The notes: generated by a model not told the origin, from the sequence alone. 32,000 nucleotides of DNA from Acholeplasma laidlawii PG-8A (GCF_000018785.1 NC_010163.1:630001-662000); one strand, 5' to 3'. Positions 1 through 8,645 are shown, counted from the first letter of the stretch. Program-made: numbers and translations.

Positions 1-2
1 GC

Positions 3-335
3 ACACAAGATACCATCTGGGAATATAACAAACCAAAACGAAATGAAGAACATCCAACAATGAAACCTTTAGAACTCGTCGGTAAAGCTATCGCTAATTC
101 ATCCAGAGTAAATGAGATAGTCTTAGATTTATTTGGTGGTTCTGGATCAACCATGATCGCATCTGATCAGCTTCAAAGAAGAGCAAGAATCATGGAACTG
201 GATGAACGATTTGTGGATGTGATTGTAAAACGCTATTTAAAGTACAAAGTATCACTTGATGATTGTTATCTCATTCGAAATGGAAAAGAGATACCGCTTA
301 GTCATATCAACGACTTTCAGATATTGTCACTATAG
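3..335 (+). CDS. DNA methyltransferase (beta-class N4/N6-like), C-terminal part; 5' end outside window
   Basis: Frame 3 is open from base 3 (TQDTIWEYNKPKRNEEHPTMKPLEL...VLDLFGGSGSTMIASDQLQRRARIMELDERFVDVI). TMKPLEL and the DLFGGSGST AdoMet-binding motif are typical of phage MTases. Confidence 0.9.
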   Translation, partial: TQDTIWEYNKPKRNEEHPTMKPLELVGKAIANSSRVNEIVLDLFGGSGSTMIASDQLQRRARIMELDERFVDVIVKRYLKYKVSLDDCYLIRNGKEIPLSHINDFQILSL

Positions 336-426
336 TGAGCAAATCTTGTCGAATTGACTTGCTATTTAATGCCTTTAGAGTGATATATAGTAGTAACCAA
401 AAAAGGTTAGGAAAGAGGCAATAGCG

Positions 427-753
427 ATGAAAGTCAAATTTGAAACGAGAGCATTCAAAGAACAGATTATTCCACAGGATGATTTTGTAGTTGAGAAAGT
501 TGTCGAGATATCACAAAGACAGTTTAATAAGTTCTTAGATGATATGCTTGGCGATTATGATTTCATAAAAGCTCACAAGGATTTAATGTACACAGACAGC
601 AAAAACGTGTGGCACGCAATTTTAGTAACAACTAAAGCATTAGACTATGGAATCCTAGTACAAGCAGATGGTTCAAGTTATGCTAGATACTCCGCATTTA
701 TTAGAAAAAGTGAGATAGGAGGATTAGGTGATGGAAAAACAACAACTGCTTAA
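427..753 (+). CDS. Small phage protein, DUF6329-like (paralogue of 1541-1846)
   Basis: Shared pattern IPQDxFxVEK...F...L.DYDFIKxHxxLMY.D....H..LVT....D.GILV...G..YARY.AFI with the downstream ORF. Confidence 0.6.
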   Translation: MKVKFETRAFKEQIIPQDDFVVEKVVEISQRQFNKFLDDMLGDYDFIKAHKDLMYTDSKNVWHAILVTTKALDYGILVQADGSSYARYSAFIRKSEIGGLGDGKTTTA

Positions 754-1165
754 AGATTTGATTCAAGCGTTCAATAGTGGAAGCTTTGAATCAAGTGATG
801 TTAAAGTTCAAATCAAAGCTGGATGGTATGATTGGTTTTGTAAAGACTCAAGCTTAAAGAATAAAACCAAACGCATGGGCAATATCATCAAGCAAATTAA
901 ACCAGGCGGCAAGGTTGATCTAGATAACAGTTATGTCTGGTTCAAAAACAATTGTCCACTTCAAGGTAGTCTTTATGATGATTTTAGAATTGCAGATTTA
1001 GAATCCGATGTCACATTGATTGTTGTTCAACTAAACTCACCATGGCATGACAAGACTTACACAGTCTATGAACGATTAACACACTATGAAAAAGTTGTGT
1101 TTTCAACGGACTCAGTTAAAGAACTTGTTAAGTGGTTAAACGAAGGGTGGGAAACGCATGTATAA
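728..1165 (+). CDS. Conserved hypothetical phage protein
   Basis: Compact 145 aa ORF in a tightly packed co-directional operon, overlapping its neighbours. Confidence 0.6.
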   Translation: MMEKQQLLKDLIQAFNSGSFESSDVKVQIKAGWYDWFCKDSSLKNKTKRMGNIIKQIKPGGKVDLDNSYVWFKNNCPLQGSLYDDFRIADLESDVTLIVVQLNSPWHDKTYTVYERLTHYEKVVFSTDSVKELVKWLNEGWETHV

Positions 1166-1544
1166 CTATTACAATAGACATCCTAAAGGTATCAAAACTG
1201 GTGACTGTGTGGTTAGAGCAATCTCAACAGCATTTGATAAAGACTACATGGAAACAAGAAGAGAACTCAATCAGAAAAAACGTGAATGGAGTTTCACCAG
1301 TTACAAGGATACAGAGTTTATCTATAAGTATTTAGAGAATCGTCCAAGATACATTTTTAAAGCGGTTAAGGGTGAACCAAGGATTAAGGGTACAGACTTT
1401 GCACAGCTACATCCAACAGGAACATTTATATTAAAGATGGCCGGACACTTGAGTGTCTGTAAAGATGGTGTCATTCTAGACATTTGGGATTGCACCTATA
1501 GAAGTGTTTATACAGCATGGAGAATTGACGAGGAAACAACATGA
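1158..1544 (+). CDS. Papain-like/C39-like cysteine-peptidase-fold phage protein
   Basis: TGDCVVRAIS...Y at the N-terminus and HPTGTFILKMAGHLSVCKDGVILDIWDC at the C-terminus: Cys...His arrangement of small phage papain-fold proteins. Confidence 0.6.
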   Translation: MYNYYNRHPKGIKTGDCVVRAISTAFDKDYMETRRELNQKKREWSFTSYKDTEFIYKYLENRPRYIFKAVKGEPRIKGTDFAQLHPTGTFILKMAGHLSVCKDGVILDIWDCTYRSVYTAWRIDEETT

Positions 1545-1846
1545 AAGTAAATTTTATAAGAAAACCAACACCAGAGGAACTTATCCCTCAAGACGAATTT
1601 ATCGTCGAAAAGACCATAATTCTAGAAGGTGACGTATTTGAAGGATTCATCAGAGAACCATTAAACGATTATGATTTCATCAAAGAACATTTAGAATTGA
1701 TGTATTGTGATAAGGAAGGCATATTTCACTGCTTGTTAGTCACGTCCGATAAACATGACTTTGGTATCCTGGTTGAAAGTGAAGGATATCATTACGCTAG
1801 GTATGCAGCATTCATACCACTTATTAAAACCAAAACAGAAAATTAA
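1541..1846 (+). CDS. Small phage protein, DUF6329-like (paralogue of 427-753)
   Basis: Clear similarity to the 427-753 product. Confidence 0.6.
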   Translation: MKVNFIRKPTPEELIPQDEFIVEKTIILEGDVFEGFIREPLNDYDFIKEHLELMYCDKEGIFHCLLVTSDKHDFGILVESEGYHYARYAAFIPLIKTKTEN

Positions 1847-1893
1847 GGAAGCGAGTAAGCTTCCTTTTTAACTATTTAAAGCGAGGAAAACAA

Positions 1894-3042
1894 ATGAAAA
1901 TTATAACAAGTGAATCTGTCTTTAAAGGACACCCAGATAAAATATGTGACCAAATCAGTGATGCAATCTTAGATGCACATTTAGAGCAAGACAGAAATGC
2001 AAGAGTAGCAGTAGAAACAGCTATCAAAGATGATGTTGTTTTTATCTTTGGTGAGGTCACATCCAAAGCTTCAGTGAATTATAAAGAAGTCGCACTAACC
2101 ACATTAAAAGAAATCGGATATGATGATCCATTCGATGTGATTGAAAAGATATCCAAACAGTCCGATGATATTGCACTTGGTGTAAATCATACGAACGATC
2201 ATGAACAAGGTGCAGGTGATCAAGGCTTAATGTTTGGCTACGCTTGCAAAGAAACGCCAGAATTTATGCCTTTACCGATTGTGGTGGCACATGACATTGC
2301 AAGAAGCATTGACGAGCTTAGAAAGGCAAAGTATGGCCACGTGTTTGGTCCAGATGGTAAGTGTCAAGTTTCTGTAGTCTACGAGAATGATGAACCGATT
2401 GCTTATGAAACAATCGTAGTGTCTGCGCAAACAAAGCATGGCATTCAATTAGATTATGCTAAAGAGATAATTTTAAATGAAGTATTGAAACTACTGATAG
2501 GTGAAGACCTTTCACACATTCAAGTCTTAATCAATCCAACAGGTGCTTTTGTCGTTGGTGGACCATATGGAGATTCTGGATTAACTGGTAGAAAGATTAT
2601 TGTTGATACCTATGGTGGTTATGCTAAACATGGCGGTGGCGCATTCTCTGGCAAGGATGTGAGCAAGGTAGACCGCAGTGCGGCTTACTATGCCAGATTC
2701 GTAGCAAAAGCCCTTGTAGCGGCAAATTTAGCGAACAGGTGCGAAGTTAGTGTGTCCTATTCCATCGGTGTAGCAAACCCTGTAAGTGTATCCGTTGATA
2801 CCTTTGGAACAGGTGTTACTTCTGATGATGTTTTATTAAAGTTAATTAAAGAGAACTTCAACTTTACACCGTCAAGTATTATCAAAGAACTAAACCTGGA
2901 CAAAGTGAAGTTTAAACCGTTAGCATCTTATGGACATATAGGTCGTGTTGATCTTGATGTTGCATGGGAAAAAGTAGATGCAAAAGCTAAACAATTAAGT
3001 GAATCTTATGAGCAAACCAAAAGAACTGCACAGGTTCTATAA
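1894..3042 (+). CDS. metK: S-adenosylmethionine synthetase, phage-borne
   Basis: Near full-length MetK motifs: TSESVFKGHPDKICDQISDAILD, GAGDQGLMFGYA, NPTGAFVVGGPYGDSGLTGRKIIVDTYGG, GGGAFSGKDVSKVDRSAAY. Confidence 0.97.
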   Translation: MKIITSESVFKGHPDKICDQISDAILDAHLEQDRNARVAVETAIKDDVVFIFGEVTSKASVNYKEVALTTLKEIGYDDPFDVIEKISKQSDDIALGVNHTNDHEQGAGDQGLMFGYACKETPEFMPLPIVVAHDIARSIDELRKAKYGHVFGPDGKCQVSVVYENDEPIAYETIVVSAQTKHGIQLDYAKEIILNEVLKLLIGEDLSHIQVLINPTGAFVVGGPYGDSGLTGRKIIVDTYGGYAKHGGGAFSGKDVSKVDRSAAYYARFVAKALVAANLANRCEVSVSYSIGVANPVSVSVDTFGTGVTSDDVLLKLIKENFNFTPSSIIKELNLDKVKFKPLASYGHIGRVDLDVAWEKVDAKAKQLSESYEQTKRTAQVL

Positions 3043-3292
3043 GTCGAAGGCTTGGCTCGTTGCTCGTAATATCAAAACAAACGCCACACAGGGCAAGTGT
3101 GAGCGGTGTGGCGCGATTGGTGAAGAGGTTCACCATAAGATTAGGCTGACTGTAGATAATGTCAATGATACCAATATTAGTTTGAATCAAGATAACTTAG
3201 AGTTGTTATGTAGGGACTGTCACAATAAAGAGCATGGACGATTCAAGAAACAAGAAGTACTGTTTGATGTGTTTGGAAATTTTACTGGTTGA
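2999..3292 (+). CDS. HNH endonuclease (packaging-associated)
   Basis: CERCGAIGEEVHHKIRLT...NLELLCRDCHNKEHGRF: HNH fold with two CxxC pairs. Overlaps the metK 3' end by 44 nt. Confidence 0.92.
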   Translation: MNLMSKPKELHRFYKSKAWLVARNIKTNATQGKCERCGAIGEEVHHKIRLTVDNVNDTNISLNQDNLELLCRDCHNKEHGRFKKQEVLFDVFGNFTG

Positions 3293-3357
3293 ATGGTAAA
3301 CAATCTTATAATGTGGTAAAATTATAAAAAAGTCGTTTCAAAAAAGGGGTTGTTTCT

Positions 3358-4389
3358 TTGTCATTAGATACTACATATTCAATCTTACCGAAAGATTTAT
3401 CGGGTTCTAGAACTAAAAATAGATTTAGACAAGAGATGTTATGGGGAATTAGTAAAATATATGATCTTTATTTGGAGAACCCAGATGATTTTTTTGTTAT
3501 ATTTGACTATGTTTGTGATATTGAAGTTGGATTCAATGATACATTGCATTTTTATCAAGTAAAAACAAAAGATACTAGCAGTCCTTTTAGTATTTCGGAT
3601 CTAATTAGAAAGAAGAGTGGTCATTCTTATTTATCCTTGCTTTTTTCATTGAAGGTAAACAATCAAATCAAGAGTATTAATGTAGTTTCTAATACAAAAC
3701 TATCAATTAAAAATACCATACTTCAAAATTCTGAGATAATACCTTTTGAAAGTTTAGAAGATGATGAAAAGAAAAAAATTGAAGATCATCTTAAAGCAAA
3801 ATCTATTCTAGTCACAGATCTAAAGGACTCATTCTTCATAAGGTCAGATTTTTGCATTAATAATCCCGATACATTATTAATAGGTAAGACTGTTGAGTTT
3901 TTAGAAAATGCAAAAGGTATTAAATTAAGTGAACCAAAACTGATATATAATTACATAAAGGGATTGGTAGACAGAAAAGCAAGTTATGAGTTGAACACTA
4001 TTGATTTAAATGATACGATCGATAAAAAAGGAATAAAAAGAAGTGAAATTGATAACATATTGAATAATTTACTAGGCGCTGACAGATATAGAGAAAAGAC
4101 TTTATCTAAAATAGAGGCACTAAATGGTGATTATAATTATGGAGAAGTATTGCTTTTAAAAACCGCATTGTCTAGAGTTTTTAAATATGGGATTACATCA
4201 AAAACAATAGAAGCACTAATTGTAGATATTAGTAATTGTATCAATGATAATGAAAGTACTATTCAGGATTTGAAATTATCTGAGATAGTCGAATATGTCT
4301 ATAATTGTATTGAATGGGATATTATCAAGGATAAGTCAGAAAGAAAGTGCATAATACTATTGACATTAACAAAAATGGAAAGCGTGTAG
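3358..4389 (+). CDS. DUF4297/Cap4-like dsDNA endonuclease, candidate effector of a Lamassu/ABC-3C-like system
   Basis: TTG start after a GGGG-rich RBS. RFRQEMLWGISKIYDL...FFVIFDYVCDIEVGFNDTLHFYQVKTKD matches the D/E...xQVKT nuclease core. The C-terminus may be frameshifted (see findings). Confidence 0.7.
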   Translation: MSLDTTYSILPKDLSGSRTKNRFRQEMLWGISKIYDLYLENPDDFFVIFDYVCDIEVGFNDTLHFYQVKTKDTSSPFSISDLIRKKSGHSYLSLLFSLKVNNQIKSINVVSNTKLSIKNTILQNSEIIPFESLEDDEKKKIEDHLKAKSILVTDLKDSFFIRSDFCINNPDTLLIGKTVEFLENAKGIKLSEPKLIYNYIKGLVDRKASYELNTIDLNDTIDKKGIKRSEIDNILNNLLGADRYREKTLSKIEALNGDYNYGEVLLLKTALSRVFKYGITSKTIEALIVDISNCINDNESTIQDLKLSEIVEYVYNCIEWDIIKDKSERKCIILLTLTKMESV

Positions 4390-4398
4390 GTGAAATAG

Positions 4399-6084
4399 AT
4401 GAAAAACATGATTGTAAATAGCATTGCTATAATTAGTCCTAATAGTAAAACAGCAAAATATGCTGAATTTACTGCAGGAATTAATGTTGTCACATCTAAC
4501 AAAAATATAAACGGTAATTATGTGGGTAAATCTAGTCTACTAAGAAGTATTTATCATACATTAGGAGCAGATGGTAAGTTTACAACAAGCTTATGGGAAA
4601 GAGAAGGCAAGTACACATACATACTAGATTTTTCAATCAATAATAGCAGATTTAGAATGTTAAGATTTGATAATCTATTCAAATTGTATGATGAAAACAA
4701 TAGTTTATTATTTAAGGTTATAAATAGAACAGACCTAGCAATCGAACTTAACAAACTGTTTAACCAAGAAATTTATCTTAAAAATAAGAATAACGAATAT
4801 TCTATTGCACATCCTGCATTTAATTATCTATTAAATTATATTGATCAAAAAGAAATCCGTGTGTCGGAATTTAGCACATTTAATGGTTTGAATGCATTTT
4901 CTGCCTTTTATTCTGATTTATTATACTCACATTTGGGTGTTAACAACAAGCAATTTAATGAGTTGAAAATTGAATCAGATGAATTAAATAGAAAAATCGG
5001 TGAAATAAATAAGAAGAACCTAATGTTCAATGAAATGCTAGCACAAATAGATAAGAATAAAGATTTGAATTCAAATTACTCTGAGATTGAAGTTTTAAAA
5101 AAAGAACTGCAAAAACACCAAGATGAATATACTAAACTCATTGGTGAAGCAAACAAGTTAAAAGAAAAATTACTTAAGACAAATGATTCTAAGATAGAGA
5201 TTGAGTTTGCTATTAATGAATTACGAAAAATGATCAGTTCTGATGAGAAGGTATTAGATAAATCAATTAAGGAACACACATGTCCTATCTGCAATTCAGA
5301 GCTAAGAGATGATAGTCATGCATATATTCATAAAGCAGTTGATGTTGATGGTGCAAAATTTCAATTACTTGATGCTGAAAGAGAATTAGGTAAACTTAGT
5401 AGAGAAATCATTTTAACTAACAGTAAGTATGAAGACAATCTTGCGGAACTGAAAAGAATTGAAGCAAGAGTTTTTGAGGGTAATAAGGGTTTGGAAGATA
5501 CAATAAAATCTTATGGAATGAAAAAGATTAAGGCAAATATATTTGAAGAAATATCAAACAATGAAGTATCCAAAAATACATTTATTGAAGACAGAAAAAA
5601 GATTACAAAGCTACTCAGATCGCTTGATGAGAGAAAAAAGGAAGTTAACAAAAAATATTTGACTAATTTCTATGATATTTATCAAAAATATTCGCTTGGT
5701 GGGTTTGATTTATCTTCAATAGATAGTGTTGAAACAAAGATCAAAGTTGATGGAACGAGAGTTAATATTACTCAGGTTGCTTGGTTATGTTCATTGTTGA
5801 AGACCAAATACGAATTTAATCCGGATAGTTTAATTTACCCTTTAGTATTTGACAATCCTAATAATGCTGATTTTGATGAGGATAATGAAAGAAAAATATT
5901 TAATTTGATATTTGATAACTTACCGGAAAATGGGCAAATAATTACATCGTTAGTTGGATTTGATCAAAACCTGTATAATTCATATGAAATTAAGAAAAAA
6001 ATAATGTTGGTTAATCCTGAAAATTCACTATTAAATAATGATGATTTTGAATCGTGTTTAGATAGATATAGTTCAATTTTATAG
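4399..6084 (+). CDS. SMC/Rad50-like ABC ATPase (DUF2326/LmuB-like)
   Basis: N-terminal P-loop GNYVGKSSLLRSIYHTLG, long coiled coil with zinc-hook-like CPICNSEL, C-terminal PLVFDNPNNADFDEDNERKIFNLIF (Walker-B/D-loop-like). Confidence 0.75.
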   Translation: MKNMIVNSIAIISPNSKTAKYAEFTAGINVVTSNKNINGNYVGKSSLLRSIYHTLGADGKFTTSLWEREGKYTYILDFSINNSRFRMLRFDNLFKLYDENNSLLFKVINRTDLAIELNKLFNQEIYLKNKNNEYSIAHPAFNYLLNYIDQKEIRVSEFSTFNGLNAFSAFYSDLLYSHLGVNNKQFNELKIESDELNRKIGEINKKNLMFNEMLAQIDKNKDLNSNYSEIEVLKKELQKHQDEYTKLIGEANKLKEKLLKTNDSKIEIEFAINELRKMISSDEKVLDKSIKEHTCPICNSELRDDSHAYIHKAVDVDGAKFQLLDAERELGKLSREIILTNSKYEDNLAELKRIEARVFEGNKGLEDTIKSYGMKKIKANIFEEISNNEVSKNTFIEDRKKITKLLRSLDERKKEVNKKYLTNFYDIYQKYSLGGFDLSSIDSVETKIKVDGTRVNITQVAWLCSLLKTKYEFNPDSLIYPLVFDNPNNADFDEDNERKIFNLIFDNLPENGQIITSLVGFDQNLYNSYEIKKKIMLVNPENSLLNNDDFESCLDRYSSIL

Positions 6085-6200
6085 TCCCCCCCATTACCTT
6101 GCATTATGAAGTGTAAGGGTACCGCATGGGTGGGCAATTAAAAAACATCAGCCCAAAATTTTGAAAATCGGAAATTAAATTTGAAAAAAGAGGTTATACA

Positions 6201-6956
6201 ATGGACGAATTGAGAAAAATATTTAATAGTAACAGATTACCAGCCTTTTTTGTAGGTGCTGGTATGTCAAAAAGGTATCTCAAAAATATGCCTTCATGGG
6301 ATGAATTATTAATATCTGTTTCAGATTATATTGGAATAAGTAAAACACAATATTATGGAATGAAACAACTTATAAATGAAGACAATATGCAAATGCCTAA
6401 GTTAGCCTCATTATTAGAAAATAAGATAAGAGATAAAGTCATAGACGGTACTTTTAACATTGATGAAGCTTTGTCAGATAAACTAAAAACTGAGATACCA
6501 AATAATGTTTCATTTCTAAAACTATTGATTGCTGAAAGACTTACCAAACTAGAAATCAAAGAAGATGAAAAAACTCAAAAAGAAATAAAGTCATTGAAGA
6601 AATCAATTAAAAAAATCAATAATATATTTACTACGAACTTCGATATGTTCTTTGAAAAATACGTATTGGATGACGATGATATGACTGTTTTTGATTCACA
6701 AGAGTCTTTGTACTTTACTAATTCATTTGGAATATCTGAAATGTATAAAATTCATGGTTCTATCCGCAATCCTAAATCAATGGTTATTAACGAAAAAGAC
6801 TATATAAATTATCTCGAAGATATGAATCTTTTTGTATCAAAACTTTATAATTCGCTTATCGAAAGGCCAATCATTTTTCTAGGATATGGATTAAATGACT
6901 CTAACATTTTAAAAATTTTAGAAGGATTTATTAAACACTTTAATTTAGATGATTGA
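6201..6956 (+). CDS. SIR2-family NAD-binding protein, N-terminal catalytic part
   Basis: AFFVGAGMSKRY, NIFTTNFDMFFEKY, MYKIHGSI, IFLGYGLNDSNI: SIR2 motifs including GAG, TTNFD, catalytic-type His and GYGLxD. Confidence 0.85.
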   Translation: MDELRKIFNSNRLPAFFVGAGMSKRYLKNMPSWDELLISVSDYIGISKTQYYGMKQLINEDNMQMPKLASLLENKIRDKVIDGTFNIDEALSDKLKTEIPNNVSFLKLLIAERLTKLEIKEDEKTQKEIKSLKKSIKKINNIFTTNFDMFFEKYVLDDDDMTVFDSQESLYFTNSFGISEMYKIHGSIRNPKSMVINEKDYINYLEDMNLFVSKLYNSLIERPIIFLGYGLNDSNILKILEGFIKHFNLDD

Positions 6957-7765
6957 AAAAGGTAGCAAACAACCTAATTTTTATGAATATTTTGGCTGGG
7001 GAAGAAAATCTACTTTTTGGCGAAGCTACATTTCAAGTTGGCAACAAGCAGATTACAATGAAAAAAATCAAAACAGATAATTATTCAAAAATATTCGATT
7101 ATATAAGTTCTGTTAAAGAAGCGATAAGTGCTAGAGAGATCAAAAGATATAAAGACATTGTGTACGATATCATAGCAAATCATGAAAAAAACGGTGAAAA
7201 AGTATTTGTTGTGAACGCACTGGATATTAACAAGATTGATTCTAACAAAATGGTTCTAGGTATACACCCCAAATATGACGAGACTTTGCCTACTAGAGGA
7301 TTAGTTGGTTTGGATACCGTAACCTTTATAGAACATGCTTTATATAATAATAGTACTATTAAATTTGAAGATATAGCAGGAGTTTGGGCAGAGAAAAGAT
7401 TGAGTAAAACTCATTATTTTCCAACCTATTATATAAAAAATAATGTAACAAATGGATTTAATTTTGGCGCTAAATATATTGCTAATTATGATGCGATGGA
7501 AAAAAGATATATTGAATTAAAGAAAAAAGCTGGGAATCTGAGCCAAGAGAAGATAACTCAATATGAACAAGACTACAATGATTCAGTACTTAAACCTACA
7601 AAAGATAAAAAAGATGTTCTTTTTCATAATTCTCTTTTGCTTCTGATTATAAAAAAAGTTTCTAAAGATGATTTCAGAGATTTTCTAAAAGAAATGTATA
7701 AAAAGAATAAAGAGTACATTAATAATTCTGGTTTTAAGCAATGTATCTGTTACTTGGATAGATGA
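6953..7765 (+). CDS. C-terminal portion of the SIR2-family protein, or separate partner ORF (TTG start, TTGA overlap)
   Basis: Begins exactly at the stop of the SIR2 ORF in the -1 frame. Its start resembles the region that usually follows GYGLND in SIR2-family proteins (ITMKKIKTDNYSKIFDYI...YKDIVYDII). Confidence 0.6.
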   Translation: MKKVANNLIFMNILAGEENLLFGEATFQVGNKQITMKKIKTDNYSKIFDYISSVKEAISAREIKRYKDIVYDIIANHEKNGEKVFVVNALDINKIDSNKMVLGIHPKYDETLPTRGLVGLDTVTFIEHALYNNSTIKFEDIAGVWAEKRLSKTHYFPTYYIKNNVTNGFNFGAKYIANYDAMEKRYIELKKKAGNLSQEKITQYEQDYNDSVLKPTKDKKDVLFHNSLLLLIIKKVSKDDFRDFLKEMYKKNKEYINNSGFKQCICYLDR

Positions 7766-7790
7766 TAAAAAAATTCGAGGATATTAAGAA

Positions 7791-8618
7791 ATGGATGTAT
7801 TATTACCTAAAAAAGTTTATAAGTATCGCAAATTTGTAGAAAATGACATTAATGCTCTAGAAAACCTTGAATTATGGGGTGCTACTGCATCAGCAATGGC
7901 AGACGAACATGATTGTGGTGTAGTGGCAAATCTAGATTTAATAACTGAATTTTTGAAAGGTAAAATGAAATCTGAATTCATTAATACAGTCTGCGAAAAT
8001 TTACTTAAACGCTTCAATGATTATTTCAGATCATCAAGATACATAATTTCCCTTTGCGATGATCACAGTGTAGATACTATGTGGAATCAATATTCTGACA
8101 ATCATAGTGGATTTGTCATCGAATATGACACGAATGATATTATCTTTTTAACTAATAAAATACTTGATAAAATATATAATGAATTGGAATTTTCAAATAA
8201 TATAAAGAATCATGAAGCTGTTAAAGAGTTATTGCGAAAGTATGATACTGGTTTTTATAAAGTTAAATACACGAATGAACCCTTTGATATTACCAAAGAA
8301 TTATTATCTGAGTTGGAAATCATGCATAAAGAAAGAGTATCTAATGAATATACAGTGGTAGATTATAATGATAAACATTTTTTTCATCAAGAAAAACTCA
8401 TAAAAAATATAGTAACGACAAAAAAACTAGAACTATCATATGAAAACGAATGGCGAGTTGTGGTGCCATCACTTTTTAAAAATATGACGGTTAAAGCAAT
8501 GCCTTTATTGAGAGTTAAACCATCAAAAATTATTGTAGGTTCATTTGTTTCACCTCAAAATAGGGAAAGAATAAATGATATAGCAAAAAAACTATGCATT
8601 AAAATAGATTTTAGATAA
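7791..8618 (+). CDS. DUF2971-like protein
   Basis: KKVYKYRKF..., ISLCDDHSVDTMWNQYSDNHSGFVIEYD, LSYENEWRVVVPS, RVKPSKIIVGSFVSPQN: characteristic DUF2971 pattern. Confidence 0.75.
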   Translation: MDVLLPKKVYKYRKFVENDINALENLELWGATASAMADEHDCGVVANLDLITEFLKGKMKSEFINTVCENLLKRFNDYFRSSRYIISLCDDHSVDTMWNQYSDNHSGFVIEYDTNDIIFLTNKILDKIYNELEFSNNIKNHEAVKELLRKYDTGFYKVKYTNEPFDITKELLSELEIMHKERVSNEYTVVDYNDKHFFHQEKLIKNIVTTKKLELSYENEWRVVVPSLFKNMTVKAMPLLRVKPSKIIVGSFVSPQNRERINDIAKKLCIKIDFR

Positions 8619-8645
8619 TTTGAAGAAATACATAGCAGGATAATT

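Noticed and set aside
1132-1335. 67 aa plus-strand ORF between hypothetical genes
   Set aside because: Fully overlapped by the better-supported 728-1165 and 1158-1544 ORFs; no motif and no independent space.
3301-3357. Internal promoter before the cargo block (TATAAT at 3307-3312)
   Set aside because: A TATAAT is present but no convincing -35 at 16-18 bp spacing. In AT-rich DNA this is weak evidence, so it was not listed as a feature.
6941-6961. Programmed -1 frameshifting as explanation of the split SIR2 gene
   Set aside because: Only GATGATTGAAAAAGG is present at the junction. The A-run comes after the stop and there is no X XXY YYZ heptamer in the short allowed interval, so reinitiation or an indel is more likely.
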